Assembly (NCBI GenBank): GCA_002633005.1
Contig: NMRA01000169.1
Span: 257,203 to 321,202, forward strand
DNA: 64,000 bases
Reading direction: 5' to 3'
Origin: Phoronis australis
Taxonomy: Eukaryota; Animalia; Phoronida
Part shown: positions 24,001-39,000 of the stretch, piece by piece
Layout of the letters: each line of letters opens with the position of its first letter
Position numbering within the stretch: the first letter of the stretch is position 1
The notes under the pieces: generated by a model
Database searches by the model: none
Seen by the model: the letters and a program-made list of their open reading frames with translations, nothing else
Told to the model about the DNA's origin: nothing
Translations under genes and position numbers: made by a program

Positions 24001-27000
24001 AATGTGCAGAGTATTGACTCGAGTTTGAATAAGACCTGTTTATTGTAAGACACTTCACGTGCTGGTGCTCAATAAAAAATTGATAAATTGCAGACAAGGA
24101 GAGCAATACAACTTAGCATCTAAAAATCTAAAAATCTTAAGTGGGAAATTAATTTAAGCGGTGGGGTTTTACTCGAAAAAGGGGAGTTACCCAGACAAAT
24201 ATGGTGACCATAATTATGGTAAATTGTCACCAATTTCAGGGGGAGATAATTGCCAAAACAGTCCTTTTCTCATTTTCAAGGTCTTCTTGCAGTGTTGTGA
24301 GTGCCCAGAAGTTTTAAAAACATTAGGTGGTGGTAGATATCATCCGAAAGCTGAACATTGTAAAAAATTAATGTTTTGCTACATGTACCTTATATTTAGT
24401 TGTATATCCAACTTCTGGGATGTATGAATTCTTTTTCAGAATTCGTTTGAATTTCCTTGACCACTATGAGGAATGGGTTGAGCAAGCCATCGATCGTGCA
24501 AATAGCGTCGTAGCTGCAAAGGTATTGATTGCGACCTTTAACCCCCAGATCATTCATGACTTCTTCATCCCTGACCTCATGAAGTGCACAATTCTTGTTG
24601 TCTGATTATTGTTGAAACCAGGCAACATCTTGGGTAACATTGCTTTGCTATACTTGCAATACATTGTAGGAATGTGAGGTCATTCTTTATTTCAGACTTG
24701 ATTTTCCCAAAACTTTGTGGAACTGGCAATCAAATTTATTGTTTAGTTCAAACTTTGGAAATTTATTGAAATTTGTTAAAAAATATGAAGCTTCCATGTT
24801 TCACTCTGAAACTATATGCTTGAGTATTTCCGTTTTATTGAGTACATAATTGAAGGCCTTATTTTTCAAATATTGTCAGTATTACCTTCAATTGACCTTT
24901 TCCTTTCGACCTTTTCAGTATTGCCTAGCAAGTGACTATTCTTGCTAGCAGCCTTCTTGTAAATCACTCTTCGACCAGCAGCCGTCATATTAATCACTCT
25001 GTGTTGTTGCAGACAGAAGAACTGAACAGTGAACTTGACCTTCGCCTTCACCTGCACGCACCTCGTGCAAAACGAGCCGAGCTGGACGTGCATCACGTTA
25101 GAGCTGGTGAGGACACACTTGTGCCGTAGAATTGGTTTGCAATGTGTAGCTGCCATTTTGGAGAGACTGTACTCATGGGTGCTTTCCTGGCCCTAGACAT
25201 TTGCAACCAGACACTACTAGTAGAGTTCCATTGAAATTCATTTATTGCAAACCCTGTTCAGTGAAAGAAACACTTTGTGGTCCACGATGATTAGCAATAC
25301 ATATTTCAACAGATAGTATACCATGAGAAAACTTGACTTAAGGAATGAACATGTGTTAATGTACAGTTTTCTCCCACAATTCAATATTCCAACAATCATT
25401 GTTAGCCATTTTGCTTGCATATACTAGAGTACACCTTACACTCCTTACGCACTGCACCAATAGAAACTAACGAGGTCAAATTTTTTCGCTGAAATAAAAG
25501 CTTCTATTTCAACTCTCACAATAAACTGGTATATGCTGCACACGGATCACATAACCCCACTTTGCTTAAGGTTACGTGGGACCCTCTAAAATGGCTATTT
25601 ATATCGAACGAAATTTGGTCGTGTTATTCAGACTGTTGTTTTGCTACGGATGTACGTTTCTTTTTGCTAATTTTTACTAAAAAGACATGGTCACGTCACC
25701 CAATTTATAGGAGATCGGGATGAAGTCAAATATCCGAGTTAAAATCTATAGTTTTGTAGATGATTAACTAAATGCTGTGACTTGTCGGTAAGGTTATTTA
25801 TATCCTTTAGTCAGGCAACAATGGAACGTGAAAATTTTGGCAACCGTGTCTCGGGTACAAAATGACAAAAGATTTTCTGTGAGTAACGTGACCATTTCCC
25901 TTAACTTACAGCTGAACTGGTTATGCACAGTGAGCGTGTGTCCCGCCATTGTAAGGGAATACATCAGACTTTGACTGACCTGAAGATGGAGTTCACGGAG
26001 ATGACTCACGGTCATAACAAGCTGTTTGAAAAGTTCAGAGCCGACATAGAAGAGCTGGAGGTCGTCTTTATTAATGCCACTAAGTCATCCAAGTGAGTGA
26101 TTGTTTTAACATGTCATTTACTTGGTTATCCCCAATCCAAAAGTTTGTGTTAACATCATTTATGTGGTTTACTTGGTTAGTGCCAAACTATGACTGCTTG
26201 TTTAAACACAATTTATGTCATTTATTTAGTTACTGTCAATCTGAGCACAGAAGCCATATCAAGGAACTGAATAACCTCTGAACGGTATATTTCTCTCACC
26301 ATAACCTTCTATAAACGTGCGATTACTTCCAATTTTAAATAAAACTATGAATTAATATTCCGTGATTGCTTGGAAGTCTTAATGGCTATTATAAGCAAAT
26401 ATCAGTAGTGCTTCTAACCTACAGAATGAATGAATGATACAATTTCCAAATCTTTGCAAAAATTTCATGTCCAGATGTTAAGGCAGCCCTTAGTCATTTT
26501 TATGCGCCCACATATTTATATGTGGATGCATTATGCCGTCATCTCCGTCCGGCATCCGGTGTCCACTGCTCTATCTCCAAAATGCCTTGACATATGTTCA
26601 TGAAATTTTTCACGTGTTCCTTCTGTGGATGGGACGGCATGAGCGAACTTTCGAACAGATCCGACTATCGGTGTGCCCCCTAGTGACAATTTTAGTTTTT
26701 TTATGTTTACGTCTGTATCTTCAAAAGTCCTGAACAGATTTTCATTAAAATGTGGTATATAGGCATAGTAAGATGACGCTGTCCTGCCGTTTTCGGATGG
26801 GTTCAACGTAGTTTGCACCACCTATTGGCCATTTTTACTGTTTTAAAGTCTGTTTTAAGCATCCACCCCTCTATCAACCAAACCGCTTAAAGGATGATTG
26901 TGAAAATTGGCATGTATGTTCTTACTGTGAAGTGGACGGCCGATGGTGATTTTCCGAGGATTTGCAGTACTGTGGCACCTCCTAGTGGCAGTTTTGTTTT

Positions 27001-30000
27001 TTTTTTTGCGCTTATGGCTGTATCTCCAAAACCGTTTGAGGGATCATTACTAAATTTAGGAAGTGTATTTATATGACGTTGACAACAGATGACGACGACT
27101 TTCGGACGGATTGACTACTGGTGTGCCCCCTAGTGGCAATTTTAGTTTTTTACGTCTACCTGTATCTTCAAAAGTCCTCAATGGATTTTCATAAAATTCA
27201 ATATGTAGGGACGTATTAGTGAGATGATGTTGCTCTCCTGTTTTCGGATGCATGCGACGTAGTTTGAGCCACCTAGTGGCCATTTTTACTGTTTTTGAGT
27301 CTGTGTTTTGCGTCCACCCCTCTATCAACCAAACTGCTCGAAGAATGGTCATGAAAATTGGCATGTACGTTCATACTGTGAAGTGGACAGCTGATGATGA
27401 TTTTTCAACTTCTGTGGCGCCTCCTAGTCGCAGTTTTGTTTTTTTGCGCCTATGCCTGTATCTCCTAAACTGTTCGCAGGATCTTTACTAAATTTAGGAA
27501 GTGTATTCATATGATGTAGGCAATGAACAACAACAACTTTCGGACGGGTCTGACTGCTGGTGTGCCCCCTAGTGGCAATTTCGTTTTTTTAGGTTTAACT
27601 CTGTATGTTCAAACTTAAGGTCCTCAACAGATTTTCGTAAAATTTTGAATATAGGCATCTATTGGTGAGGTGACGCTATCCTCCTGTTTTTGGATGGAAT
27701 CGAGGTATTTTGCACCACCTGGTGGCCATTTTTGCTGTTTTTGAGTCCTGTTTTTGGCGTCCACCCTTCTATCAACCAAATCATTCTAGGGATGGTTTTA
27801 AAAAATGGCATATATGTTTTCAGTGTAAAGGGGGTGACATTTGATGATGGCGACTGACCACTGTGGCTCTTCCTAGTGGTCGTTTTGTTTTGTTTTGTGC
27901 CCATAGCTTTATTTCCTAAACCCACTGCAGGATCTTTATTAAATTTAGTGAGTGTCTTAATTGTAATGAAGATTACAACAGATTTCAATGACTTTCAGGC
28001 CGATCCAACGGACACTGTGCCCCACTTAAGTGGCAATTTCATTTTATTCTGTTTTCCTTTCTTTGTTTTTCTGAAGTTCCTTGACACATTTTTATGAAAT
28101 ATGGCATGTTCCAGTTTTTTTGATGGATTGTACGTTTTTGGCCATTTTATGATACAAATAAATAACCCTAAAAGCACACCATTTGCGATGCATTCTTGGG
28201 CGCATATCAACGCTCTGCGTTGCTTTAGTTATAAATGATGGATAAACATGAACATTGCTCTTGTTATAAATGATGGATAAAATTGCCTGAACATTTTTCA
28301 TGTACAAGATACATCGCTGTTATCATCACTTTTTTAAAAATCTTTGGCTTAATTCATGGAAAATTAGTATTTATGGATTTCATTGAAGTTTTAGATTTTT
28401 TAGAAATAAAATCACTGACATGGTATCGTCACTCCTTAGCAGTCTCCTTATGATTCAGCATACCATCAAATCATTCGCACCCGGTATTATACTGTTTTGC
28501 AGACTGGTGGCACTGCAGAACCAACTGCAGGTGGAGCTAGACAAGTTCATGACCCAGATACGAACGTCTTTACGCCACTTCCGTCAACACCTGGACGACA
28601 CTCTGCAGATGTTAAGAGAGTCCAATGCGCGTTTCATCAAGTCTTTCAAGTAAGTGGCAGGGAAGAGAATGCGCCTGTTATAACACAGTCCGTTAGACTA
28701 TTAGGTTTCTTTTTGGAGTTACGTGGCTTTTGATTTTGATTTGCCTATTTTATACCCCATGTGTACAACAATAAAGAGAACAAATAAGAAAAATAAGTAC
28801 GTAATTCAGAGCAGGTTGTTTCTGCCTGCAGTGCTTACTGATATAGAACAGTCAGACTACGACTGCTTGGTGCATTCTGTTAGTGTTGGTAACAATTTCG
28901 AAAATGTTGATGGAGTTTCTTCCAATTTTGTGCGACTCCATCAAACTTATGGTGCAAAGCTGGTAGGAAATTAGATGGAAAATAACTGCATATGGTTGCG
29001 TTAATTAAAATGCACAAAAATTCCACCTTGAAATTTTTGTTAATATTCGAAGAAAAGGTAATTTTAAAAAAGCTAAACGATATGTTGCATACAGTTTCAT
29101 TTTAGACACCTCTACACTTGGATTATAATAGTCGTTTCATTTTGTTTTTTCTGTTGTTTGCCCTACATTTATCCAATAAAATCATTTTAGAATCCTTAAT
29201 ACACCAGTCACCATTACACCTTGTTAGATCCTAGTGTAAACTAGCCTAAACTAGCCTAAAGTAGTCACATTCATAACCTTTGCCTACAATGTTGCTTTGC
29301 AGACTTTTCTCTGAGGGTGGCAACTTCTGTCCAGAAGAGATTGAGGATTACAGGAAACGTCTGGAGAAGATGTCCTCCAAGATTGACACCGCCGAAGGGT
29401 TCGTTATGTCTGACCTGGAGGGTATGGAGTCGAAACGACTCGACCAGGCGACCAAAGTCTCCAATGAGTTTGAAGACAGGTAACATGGGTTTCATTGCAT
29501 GGGTTTCCTTAGGAAGCGGATAGGAATTGGCATTTCATTTCAAGAGAATGTGAACTGACTTAATGTAATTGGTGGTGACACTTAGTCTAGCATTATGTGT
29601 TTAATGTTGACTACTTTTGTAAGTAAGGGACTTAACCATCAGAGGAAAATAAGACACTGAGAAGAAATTTAGTTACAGTTCTACAGATCTGGTATCTAAG
29701 ATGGTGAATACTGTTATTGTGAGTTTGATCACTGGTAGCCCATGCTGAGTATACTAGTTAGCCCATGTCATTTAGACTTGTTTGAGAAAATATTGCTATG
29801 ATTGTAACTAAATCAGCTGCCAGACGTGACTCATTCTATGCAGTACATTTCACATGAAAAGAATCCTACGTTCATTGACACCCTAACCATTGGAGATTGG
29901 GCAGCTCGACCAGTTTGCGCACCACAAAATTTGCCGGATCAGGTCAAACACACCATGCTGTTGTGGTTAATAAAATCACCTGAGGCTGCTGATGTTGTGG

Positions 30001-33000
30001 TTCTCTAGATAATGATACCATCATTAACACACTGAGATGACAATTCTATTTCTAAATTTTGAAAGTATTTGTCGTGAAAAGCACTCATGATTAGGTTTTT
30101 GAATTTTGAAAATTGGACAAGAAATGGGACTTTTACAACCTAAAACGTTAAGTTCAATGTTGCAATATATTTCTCATTAATTCTGCTGGGTATGCAACAT
30201 AATTGGTCCAATTACCAAACCACCAAGCAGTACCTGGATTTTGAGGAAAGCCAAGTGTCATCATTCAATTTTTGGCATTCATGCTGGCCGCCTGTAGAGA
30301 AACATGCAGACGTGACATGTAAGCAACCACTGGAAGACTTTAAAAGACTGAAAAAAATATGAATTATTCATCAAAAGTTGTGTAATTGAATATCCTGTGG
30401 GCAATGTGCTGATAACATTTTTCCTGATGCCGTTTAGGTTCAAGAACCACATGATTGACCTGATATTCATGGAGAAGATTTCAAGATGGCTGACCAACAC
30501 GCAGGTCAAGATTAAGGCAGAGGTCGCTGATAGCAACTCGCAGGCGCAGCGTCTGGCTCAAATTCTCATCGACTTGGACAGGCGTATCGATGCCTGTGAG
30601 AAGCCAAATTTGGACAAGGAGGTATTTAGCAAATGACAGCTGAGGGCAACACAGAGATGTTATACAAGATTTTCTGTGAACATTGGCATGGTGGTTCCTG
30701 TCATGGAATTTCATTTTTAACAAAGTACGCTACTTCATAAGCATCACGGGTCTTTGGTTGACACTTGACATCTGATGTACGTGTTGTCACGTGAATGCTA
30801 AGAAAATGGTCACGTGACTGTTTGGATCATACAATGATATTCTTCACAACTTAAAGAAAATACCACTATGCAGAAACGTCTGATTCTTTATAAGACTGTT
30901 TATTTTCAATTATTTTGTGCTAACTGCCCAAATTAGTCTTAGCTGAAACAACATTTATTAATTTACTTGTCAGAAACTGCAATTTTATTGTAGAAAATTA
31001 TAAGAGTTCTAGTCTATTCTTTTGGTTGGATGAGTGTTCATGACAAAGCCACTGGTATTCTCCATTAGTTTCAGTGAGCCCTGAATAGGCTAATGATAGA
31101 TCTATGGTCATGTAATCGTACTAACTTGTGTCTTATGCTGGAGCTGACTGCCATCTGGGCCATTGTTGTTGAGTTGTAGCAAGGTATTAACTGAATCAAA
31201 TTTTGTTGGAGGCTGCTAAACCAACTGTCGCTACCCCGATGGTTTGTACACGAAAGACAGTAACCGTACTAGCTCTGAAGTGTATGTTATGAGCAAACTG
31301 TTAAATCTTAGTGTTTTGACTCTGCATGTGTGTAAAACTATGAAGAACCCAAATGTGCACTTCAAGTGTGGTCCCCCCATTGCTGTTGTGTGTGCTCACT
31401 AATTGTGTTAATTGATTAATTAAAACTGCACTTTTTGTCCGATTCCTTCTATTAGTCCCACACTCAACACACTAAGCAGGTTTGTTGGACTCTGTGGCCT
31501 GTCTTCACCTGATATCTTTTGGCTCCAGCTATCTCCACAAGTTTATTATTTGAAAATTCTCTGATTTTGCATTCCGTACATCCAATAGCTTGTGTTTTGC
31601 GGTTGAAATGGTCAATTTATAAGATGTATACGATATAGATCAGTCAGTTTAAGTATTAGTATTTTGCAGTATAGAATCTCAACAATTTAGGAATACAAAT
31701 AATTACGCACAAGCGAACATTAAACTATTTTCTAACATTTTAGTAAAAGATAACATGTAAGGATACATGGAACCAAGTGAATGCGTTGCAACTACAGCTG
31801 CCACCAGACAATATTTAGAAAAATTACAGGGTATTGTTAGAAGCCCTTGAAAATAAAAAAGGCCATTTTGACAATTTGTTTCTTTCTTTCTAAAATTTCT
31901 CTCTGAAATTGGTGAGATGTTACCCAGTTGCATTCATTTTTACTCTTGACTGCTATGTAGTTGCTTGTAGATTGCAGTTGTTCCTTCTTTTGGCGCAGAT
32001 AAAAATAATGTCCAATCTATCGCATTTCCTCTTTAAACTTAAGGACTTGATTATTACATAATCAAAATATTACCACAGTGTGTTATTGTGAGACCTTTTG
32101 ACCTCAAGTTATGGTTACAATGAAGTATTTTCTTCATTAGCTTTTAATTACTTTTTTGAAAGATAAATGAACGGACGTTTCAATGAATTTCTTCTAGCGT
32201 TACCTGCAGGCTGTATTGGAGAGATAGTTTGATTAGTGCCTATAGCAAACAGTCTGTAAACATTCACCGTTCACAAAATCCCAGATGATTACCTTCAATA
32301 CTGAACCATGTGATAAAATACAGGCTTTAGGCTGTCGCAACAAGATAAGTGTAGAACCCAACATAATGCCAGATAAATAGACATCATTTTTTTCAAATTA
32401 GAGTTCAGTTAACTTTGTTTTCTCTTGCATAACTGACCATGAGATAATATGTTCTATTTGGAATCTGGCAAAAGATATCATTGTTTTTTTGTTTTGTCTT
32501 AGAAAATTTGCAACAAAAGTGAACATATCCGGGCAGTAAAAAGTGGAACTCGAATTATTTTACTGACCTACATCTCATTAGGAGTGAATGTAGAGAGAGA
32601 GCTTTACGCATATTATAAGGACAGTCTAAGATGTTTGATTATTTGATCAAAATACGTGCGTGTGAATGATAAGCAGGCATTTAGTGGAAACGTGTGAACA
32701 GTTCATTTTTACAACATATTGAACTTTGCGTTTCAGACGGTCACGCCCTCTCAACTCAAGGACAGCCTGACGGCCATCTTTGAAACATTTCATGAACGAA
32801 GCATGTACCTGCACTGTGTTAGGGAGCCCCAGCCGCGGCCTAGCACTCCTCAGCTAGTGGGGATCCCTGCTGTCACCGGTGAGTATGAACTGATTGTCTC
32901 TCTGGCATCTGCCATTGACGTCATTGTAAACATCAGGCTTGCACTCAGCAGATATGAGAACCTCATGAAAATGCAAGGTCACAGAAGACGATGAGTTATC

Positions 33001-36000
33001 ACCGTGCTTTGCAAGTGAAGCACATAGTGTAGCTTTTTGCATGATCATTGTTAGGTGGGATGTTTCAAATGCCTGTGATCACTACTGTTAGCTGTGGTGT
33101 TTCAGGTGCCCGTGTTGGATTTGCTGCAGATGTGTCCCTGCCTAACGTGAGTAAACCTGGCAGGCAACCCATCGAGGACCCTTGTGTTGGAACCATCAAG
33201 AACATTCTCAAGTAAGATCGTAGTTTAATTTTCCTTGAATTATTTCTAAAGAGGTTACAAACCTGTGTTCTGTCCAAGAATCAAATTTTTGATTGAGACA
33301 ACTTATCACTATAAGATTTTTTTCGTCCTTTTCTTTACTCAGATGGGAGATACATTCTGTTGAGAAGGACTGGTTTAATCGTGTAATTACGAGCACATTC
33401 TAGAATAAAATATTGAAATTATCACTGCTCAAGTGAGATTTAATTATTTTTCAGAAATAGTTGTATGTAGTGTAAGACCAGGCTTCTGCATTTAAAGTCT
33501 CTTTTCCCTGGAGTGATTGGCAACTTGACAATAACAAAGCTGGTGTGTTATTTTATCCGCTAAATACCGGTAATTCTGTTGCTGCGTACCTGACATTCCA
33601 TTGTTGTTAGCCTCCCATAGATGTCGCTTATACGGTGTTGTGATATGTTTGCGGGTTAACAAAAATTGTCCTTCTCTGATGATTGCAGGGCTGTCAAATA
33701 GTCAGATGATTTACACGATTGTTGTTGTTGTTGTTTCTCTTACCAAGAGTCACTTTCAGGGGACCCAGATTAGAATCAGTTTTCTGCCTACTATTGAGTG
33801 TAGAAGACAGGTTCTTAAAATGCAGGTCCCTCTCATTGACCATTACTCATAAAAAGACCTATAAGAAGTTTTAATGCGCAACAAAATCTGTGCATGCCTT
33901 GTTTTTAGTTCTACAGCACCACACTTTAACTTTTGGACCCCTAAGTCGGTGTCTGTCTGTTTAGCAACTGGTTGATTAATCAGTTTGGGAAAATTTCACT
34001 TTACTGTGTCCTGTTTCAGAACACAGCGATCTAAAGCACGTTTTGGCCCTGATGCTGACCTAGATGGCGAGAACCTGCCACAACCGCAGAATCCCACAGG
34101 TGGTGCCACTAGTAAGTCTAGTTGATTGTTCATTACGTTGCATTCTTGGCCTCAGACTCATACTCTGTTGCCAAATCTTCCTGTCATTGGTTAGAAGATA
34201 CTACACTAAACCTGATTCATCTTAAGAAATACTGAGTGTGACTCAATCCCTTAAACCTTTAAAGCAATTTATTGCTTTGTAACTCTTGTTAATTCTCAAA
34301 AGTTTGAGAACTCCAGGAAAAGTCTGATCAAGTGGACACCTTTGCTCATGATACTAAATCATTGACAAATTAACATGTGTTAATTGCAAAATGAGAATTT
34401 TAAACCATGAATTAGTATGTTAACTGTACAGTGTTGGAATTACCGTCCTCATATAGAGGTCTAAACAAATGACAGACTTGAGTGCTTCCATCTTTTGGCC
34501 ATTGCTGCCAGTATTATTATTATTATTGTAATGTTCAGTATCCTAACTTAACACTAATTTGACAGCTTTAGGTGAGCTTATCAAGTACTCTGAGGAAATG
34601 CAACCTATCTGAAGTTTCTTTAGTTACTAGCTGAATAACTCTCTCTCTCTCTCTGTCTCTTTGGAAACTACTTAATACCAAAGTTAGGAAAATTGCTTAG
34701 GGACAAGATCATCATAAAAGAAATTTAGTAATTATAGTTTAACAAGTCTCATTCAAATTGCCAACTAATTTCATGAAGTAACAAGAATTAAATTGAACAA
34801 TGTCTCTAATTCCATTTCTTTCATATCTCATCTCATCTCATCTCATCTCATCTAGGTGTTGTCCATCCACTGCAGGATGTAGCCCTCCGACAATGCCTTC
34901 CAACTTGTTCTGTCTCTTGCTGCTCTTATCCATGTTGTGCCTATCGTTTTCACGATGTCATCTCTCCATCTGGCTTGGGGCCGTCCTCTTGATCTCTCTC
35001 CATATCTGGGTTGCCACTCTGTACATCTTCTTTCATATACGTTCTGGTCCTCTTGATCTCTTTCCATATCTGGGTTGCCACTCTGTACATCTTCTTTCAT
35101 ATACATTCTGCAAAATCTACAGTATTTGTAACGAGCAGACAAAATGTTGATGAATACTTGCTGAATAAAGGTGCCAGATTTTAAGTACCACAGACTGGCA
35201 GTAACATTTTTAAAATTAAAATTTTAGTTTAATATTTAATGTGAAGTGGTATGTATATTTCCTGTCAAAACTCTCTTTATTATTGTGGGTATTTGCTGCT
35301 GACAATGACACCTTTAATGAATAGAAATGGTGAACATGCTGAACGTGTTGATTTCTACTCTGGTCAGTATAATTATTTAGTATCACACTGGATTTACAAA
35401 ATTGACACGATATCTTCTTATTGTTTGTTAGAGTCCCCTTCTGAATCTTTAGCTAGTCCAATGCTCTCTGAAGCATTTGGTGTGTGTAAGTATAGTGTTA
35501 TTGATATTGAATTACTTTTAAGTCAAATGAATATTTTACTGTATTCTCATCATAGGCACATTCTCAGTGAGGATAAAAGCTCATTAAGTAATTTACTTGT
35601 TTGTCTTCTTTTCTGATTTTTCATAGTTTGCAACTGTTACACTGCTATGAATACCCATAATTTCTCGAACTATTGTCTGATGGTAGCTAGGATCAAAGGT
35701 GATAAAGGCTTATATTTGGTACTGCCAGAATATAAAAAGTTACTTGTTTGCCTTGTTGTATCCTAAAATGGGGAGTTTTACCCTTCCAATGCTCAAGTGC
35801 CCAGCAAGTCACACGGGATTGGAACCTGGGTCTACAGTCTGAAGCGCTGACCTCTTAGCTGAGCCATGGTGTTGCTGGAGTGGAGAAAATACGAGTTGCT
35901 TCCCCTTTATTTCATAATTCTTGATTTGTTTCTGATGTTTACTTTTTGCTGGAGCATCCAATTCTGGCCAATAATGACGAAATTAGACCGTGCCGGGAAT

Positions 36001-39000
36001 TCCCGAGAACTTTGTTCTGATTGGTCTTTAGCAAAGATTCTGCACTGGAATTTGGTTATACTGTCCTGTTTCAGAACCATCTTCCGTTTTTGTTTTGGAA
36101 TGGCTTTAATTTCTTAAAGATCCTGTAAAATTGGGGATTTCTAAAAATATTTGGTACTCAAATGCTCAGTGTGTTTCATTTTAAATTGTAAATTTACTGC
36201 ACTGCATGCTTCACATGCTATCTGAAGTAACATGTAACCACTATAACCACTACCTTTTTCTGTTCCTAGATGTTTATCACACATGATTTTTATTGTCGCC
36301 TCATGCAGTCACTACTTTCTTTCTGTAGCTGACAGAGACAAGAGCAAGTCTGGTATGTCGCGAGTCTCTGCGACCTCGAAGGGGTCAAAGGTTGAAAATG
36401 GCGAGAAGAGTAAGCAGAGTAGTCGTAAAGGCACAGCCAGTACGACAGCTGCAGCAGAGGGCGGCAAACGACAGAGTTCTGCGTAAGTGTCTCTGGGGAG
36501 ATTATTTTGATCTACGATGCTTTTATCTTATATGTGGAATCCTTTGTGACTAATCTGGGCATTTAGCCAAATGTCTTCAAAACCATGTACAATGTAACTA
36601 ATAAGTGAAAGTAATTTCCTGACTTTGTGGCAATTTGTCATCAAATGGGTGACATCTTTTTAGTAAAATGTATCAAAAAAGAAAGATACAACTGTATCAG
36701 TTACATGTGAACCAAATTTCGTTTAATGTTCAGTATGAATTCTTAAAATGCTACACTTTGCAATAAGTTATTCCGTCATTTTGGTTTTAAACTTTTATTT
36801 TTTCCTTGAAAATCCTTAAAGTCCAGATTCCTTAAAGTCCCTCATGTCAAAGTGGAGCAATTCAAAATGGGCTCCACTTAGTGTTTGAGAGTACATGAAG
36901 TGCAGTGCTTGAATGTTTCATCTGAATCCATATTTGAAATATGATGATTGGAAGTTAACAAAATATGAACGACACATTTCTAGGGTGTCAGATAACTTTA
37001 GCTGTAGCAGACATCAGACATACTCTCCTTCTAAATAGTGCTTGGAGAGGACAACGGTGCTTCAATCTTAATTTTCGGGGGGTAAGAAGCCATTGTGATG
37101 CAGACGAGTTAATATGTATTTTGTTTCGTTCACAAATGTCAAGACATATGTATTTTTCATGGGAGTCATTTCAGTCTTCTGCCTCCCAAAAGTGACAATT
37201 TGACGTCGGAATAATTTCCAACTGAATGAAAATGCTGCGAAATCTCCAAGCCCCTCTGCAGAGCTTGGCGCAGATTTTTTTCAGACAAGTACTGACTGGC
37301 CATGAACACTGTTTATTTCACTGCATATTCAAACTCAAAATTTTTCTATTTCTTTTGCCATATACCTCCATGAGCACTTGTAGTATAGCTAGAGTCGATG
37401 TCTCTATTGCCAAGCACTAGTGCAGCATTTTACTCTTCGTAACAATAGAGGTCAGTTCTTGCTTCTTAAAGAACATGTGCTGCCATTGAGTTCCTAAAAC
37501 TGCTAAGAGGTGGTGATGCTGTATCGTGCATCATTTCTGAATCCAATTAGTCTATTTATGCCATCTTCTAGCCTAACTACACTGGCATGCTGTTGCATCA
37601 GTTTAACACATACCCATACTCATTCGAAGAATGCTTAGTTTGTAGATGGACACAGCAATGACTCACTGAAACATTGCGACTATGCTAATAGGTTAGGGGT
37701 TGGTGTAAGTAGGCTAATACATTTTAGGGACCAGGTGAGGCCTATAATTGCAGATCTTGCATGAGATGTGTTCTTGGCACAGTAATTTTCTAATGCCAGC
37801 AAGGGGACTGTGCTGGTTTAGTGTAATCATATGTTCAAACTAAACTCATGATGTAGAAGTGTTCCTCCATTTAAATACGTTTTGTGTTGTAATCACACTA
37901 GATGTCATGTGAAAAAGCAGCGCACGAGCTACATTTTGAAAAGCTATGTCCTCCCTGTGGACTACGACCTAATGCATGATTACATGCGACGAAAGAAGTC
38001 ATTTTTCCGATGTGTCGAAATGCATCGATGTAACAAGAGGTGATCTTAACATTGGAAATTGCAACCCATTTGTGATGTTATTATTATTACTAACCGTATT
38101 GTCCAGTCGCAGCGCGTGAAATTTACGTTCCAGTGGTCTCTCGAGTAACGTTTTGGTGCTAAGTTAGACCTTGGTGCAATGATATGCAAATTGTACTGTT
38201 CTGTCTTTTTGAATCTGTGTCTGATAATGAAATGTTGGATGCATTTTTGTGCAAAAACTTTTTTTCAGGCTTATCAAATGTATGTTTTCTGTTGAAAAAT
38301 GATTTCCAAACTTAAGAGTTTGTGGAACACTTAGCACACTGGTCTTAAATTTTTTGATTTTGGAAAATGCAGTTTATTGAAGAAAATTATGGAAATCATA
38401 ACTGTAGTCAAGGTTGAAATTTAATGTCCAGAACTGTTTTGTTGGTTCACCGTTTTGTTCTGAAGCCAGGTGTCTGTTTCATTAGTGATTTAAGACTTAA
38501 GACAGACATAAGATCTTACGCTGACCTACTTTTCAATTACCAATTGAAATAAAGGTTTAGCTTTGTAATTACTAGCATATGGCAGCCTATAAATGATTGA
38601 TGCAAATTATTGCTGTAATTAGTAGTACGATATTCTCAGAGACTTTGATATTTTGCTTTAGGACATAATTATGATTATTTTTAAGAAATAGTTTTATGGA
38701 GCATATAAGACCAGAATTCTGACTTGAGTGTTAAGTCACGTTTCATGAAACAGACCACAGATGTCACTGTTCTCATTTCCCATATTGAATGCATGATCAG
38801 TTGCTCCCCAAAACTACTGGCTCAATCACTGTTTAGATCTCTTTCAACAACTGGATTATGCATTTGATTCATTCAGTTGCCACAGACATTAATTGTGTAT
38901 TCTGTTTATGATAACGCTTCACCTGTTTAGTGCACAATGCGGCGGACAATTGAAAATTTATATTATTCAGAACTTTTTGTATACCACTGGCTTGGTTTGT

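Noticed and set aside
26640-28040. Regularly spaced short conserved motif resembling a CRISPR array
   Set aside because: The spacers are homologous to each other with a 3-unit period, there are no cas genes, and the context is a eukaryotic intron. It is a tandem array inside a transposon.
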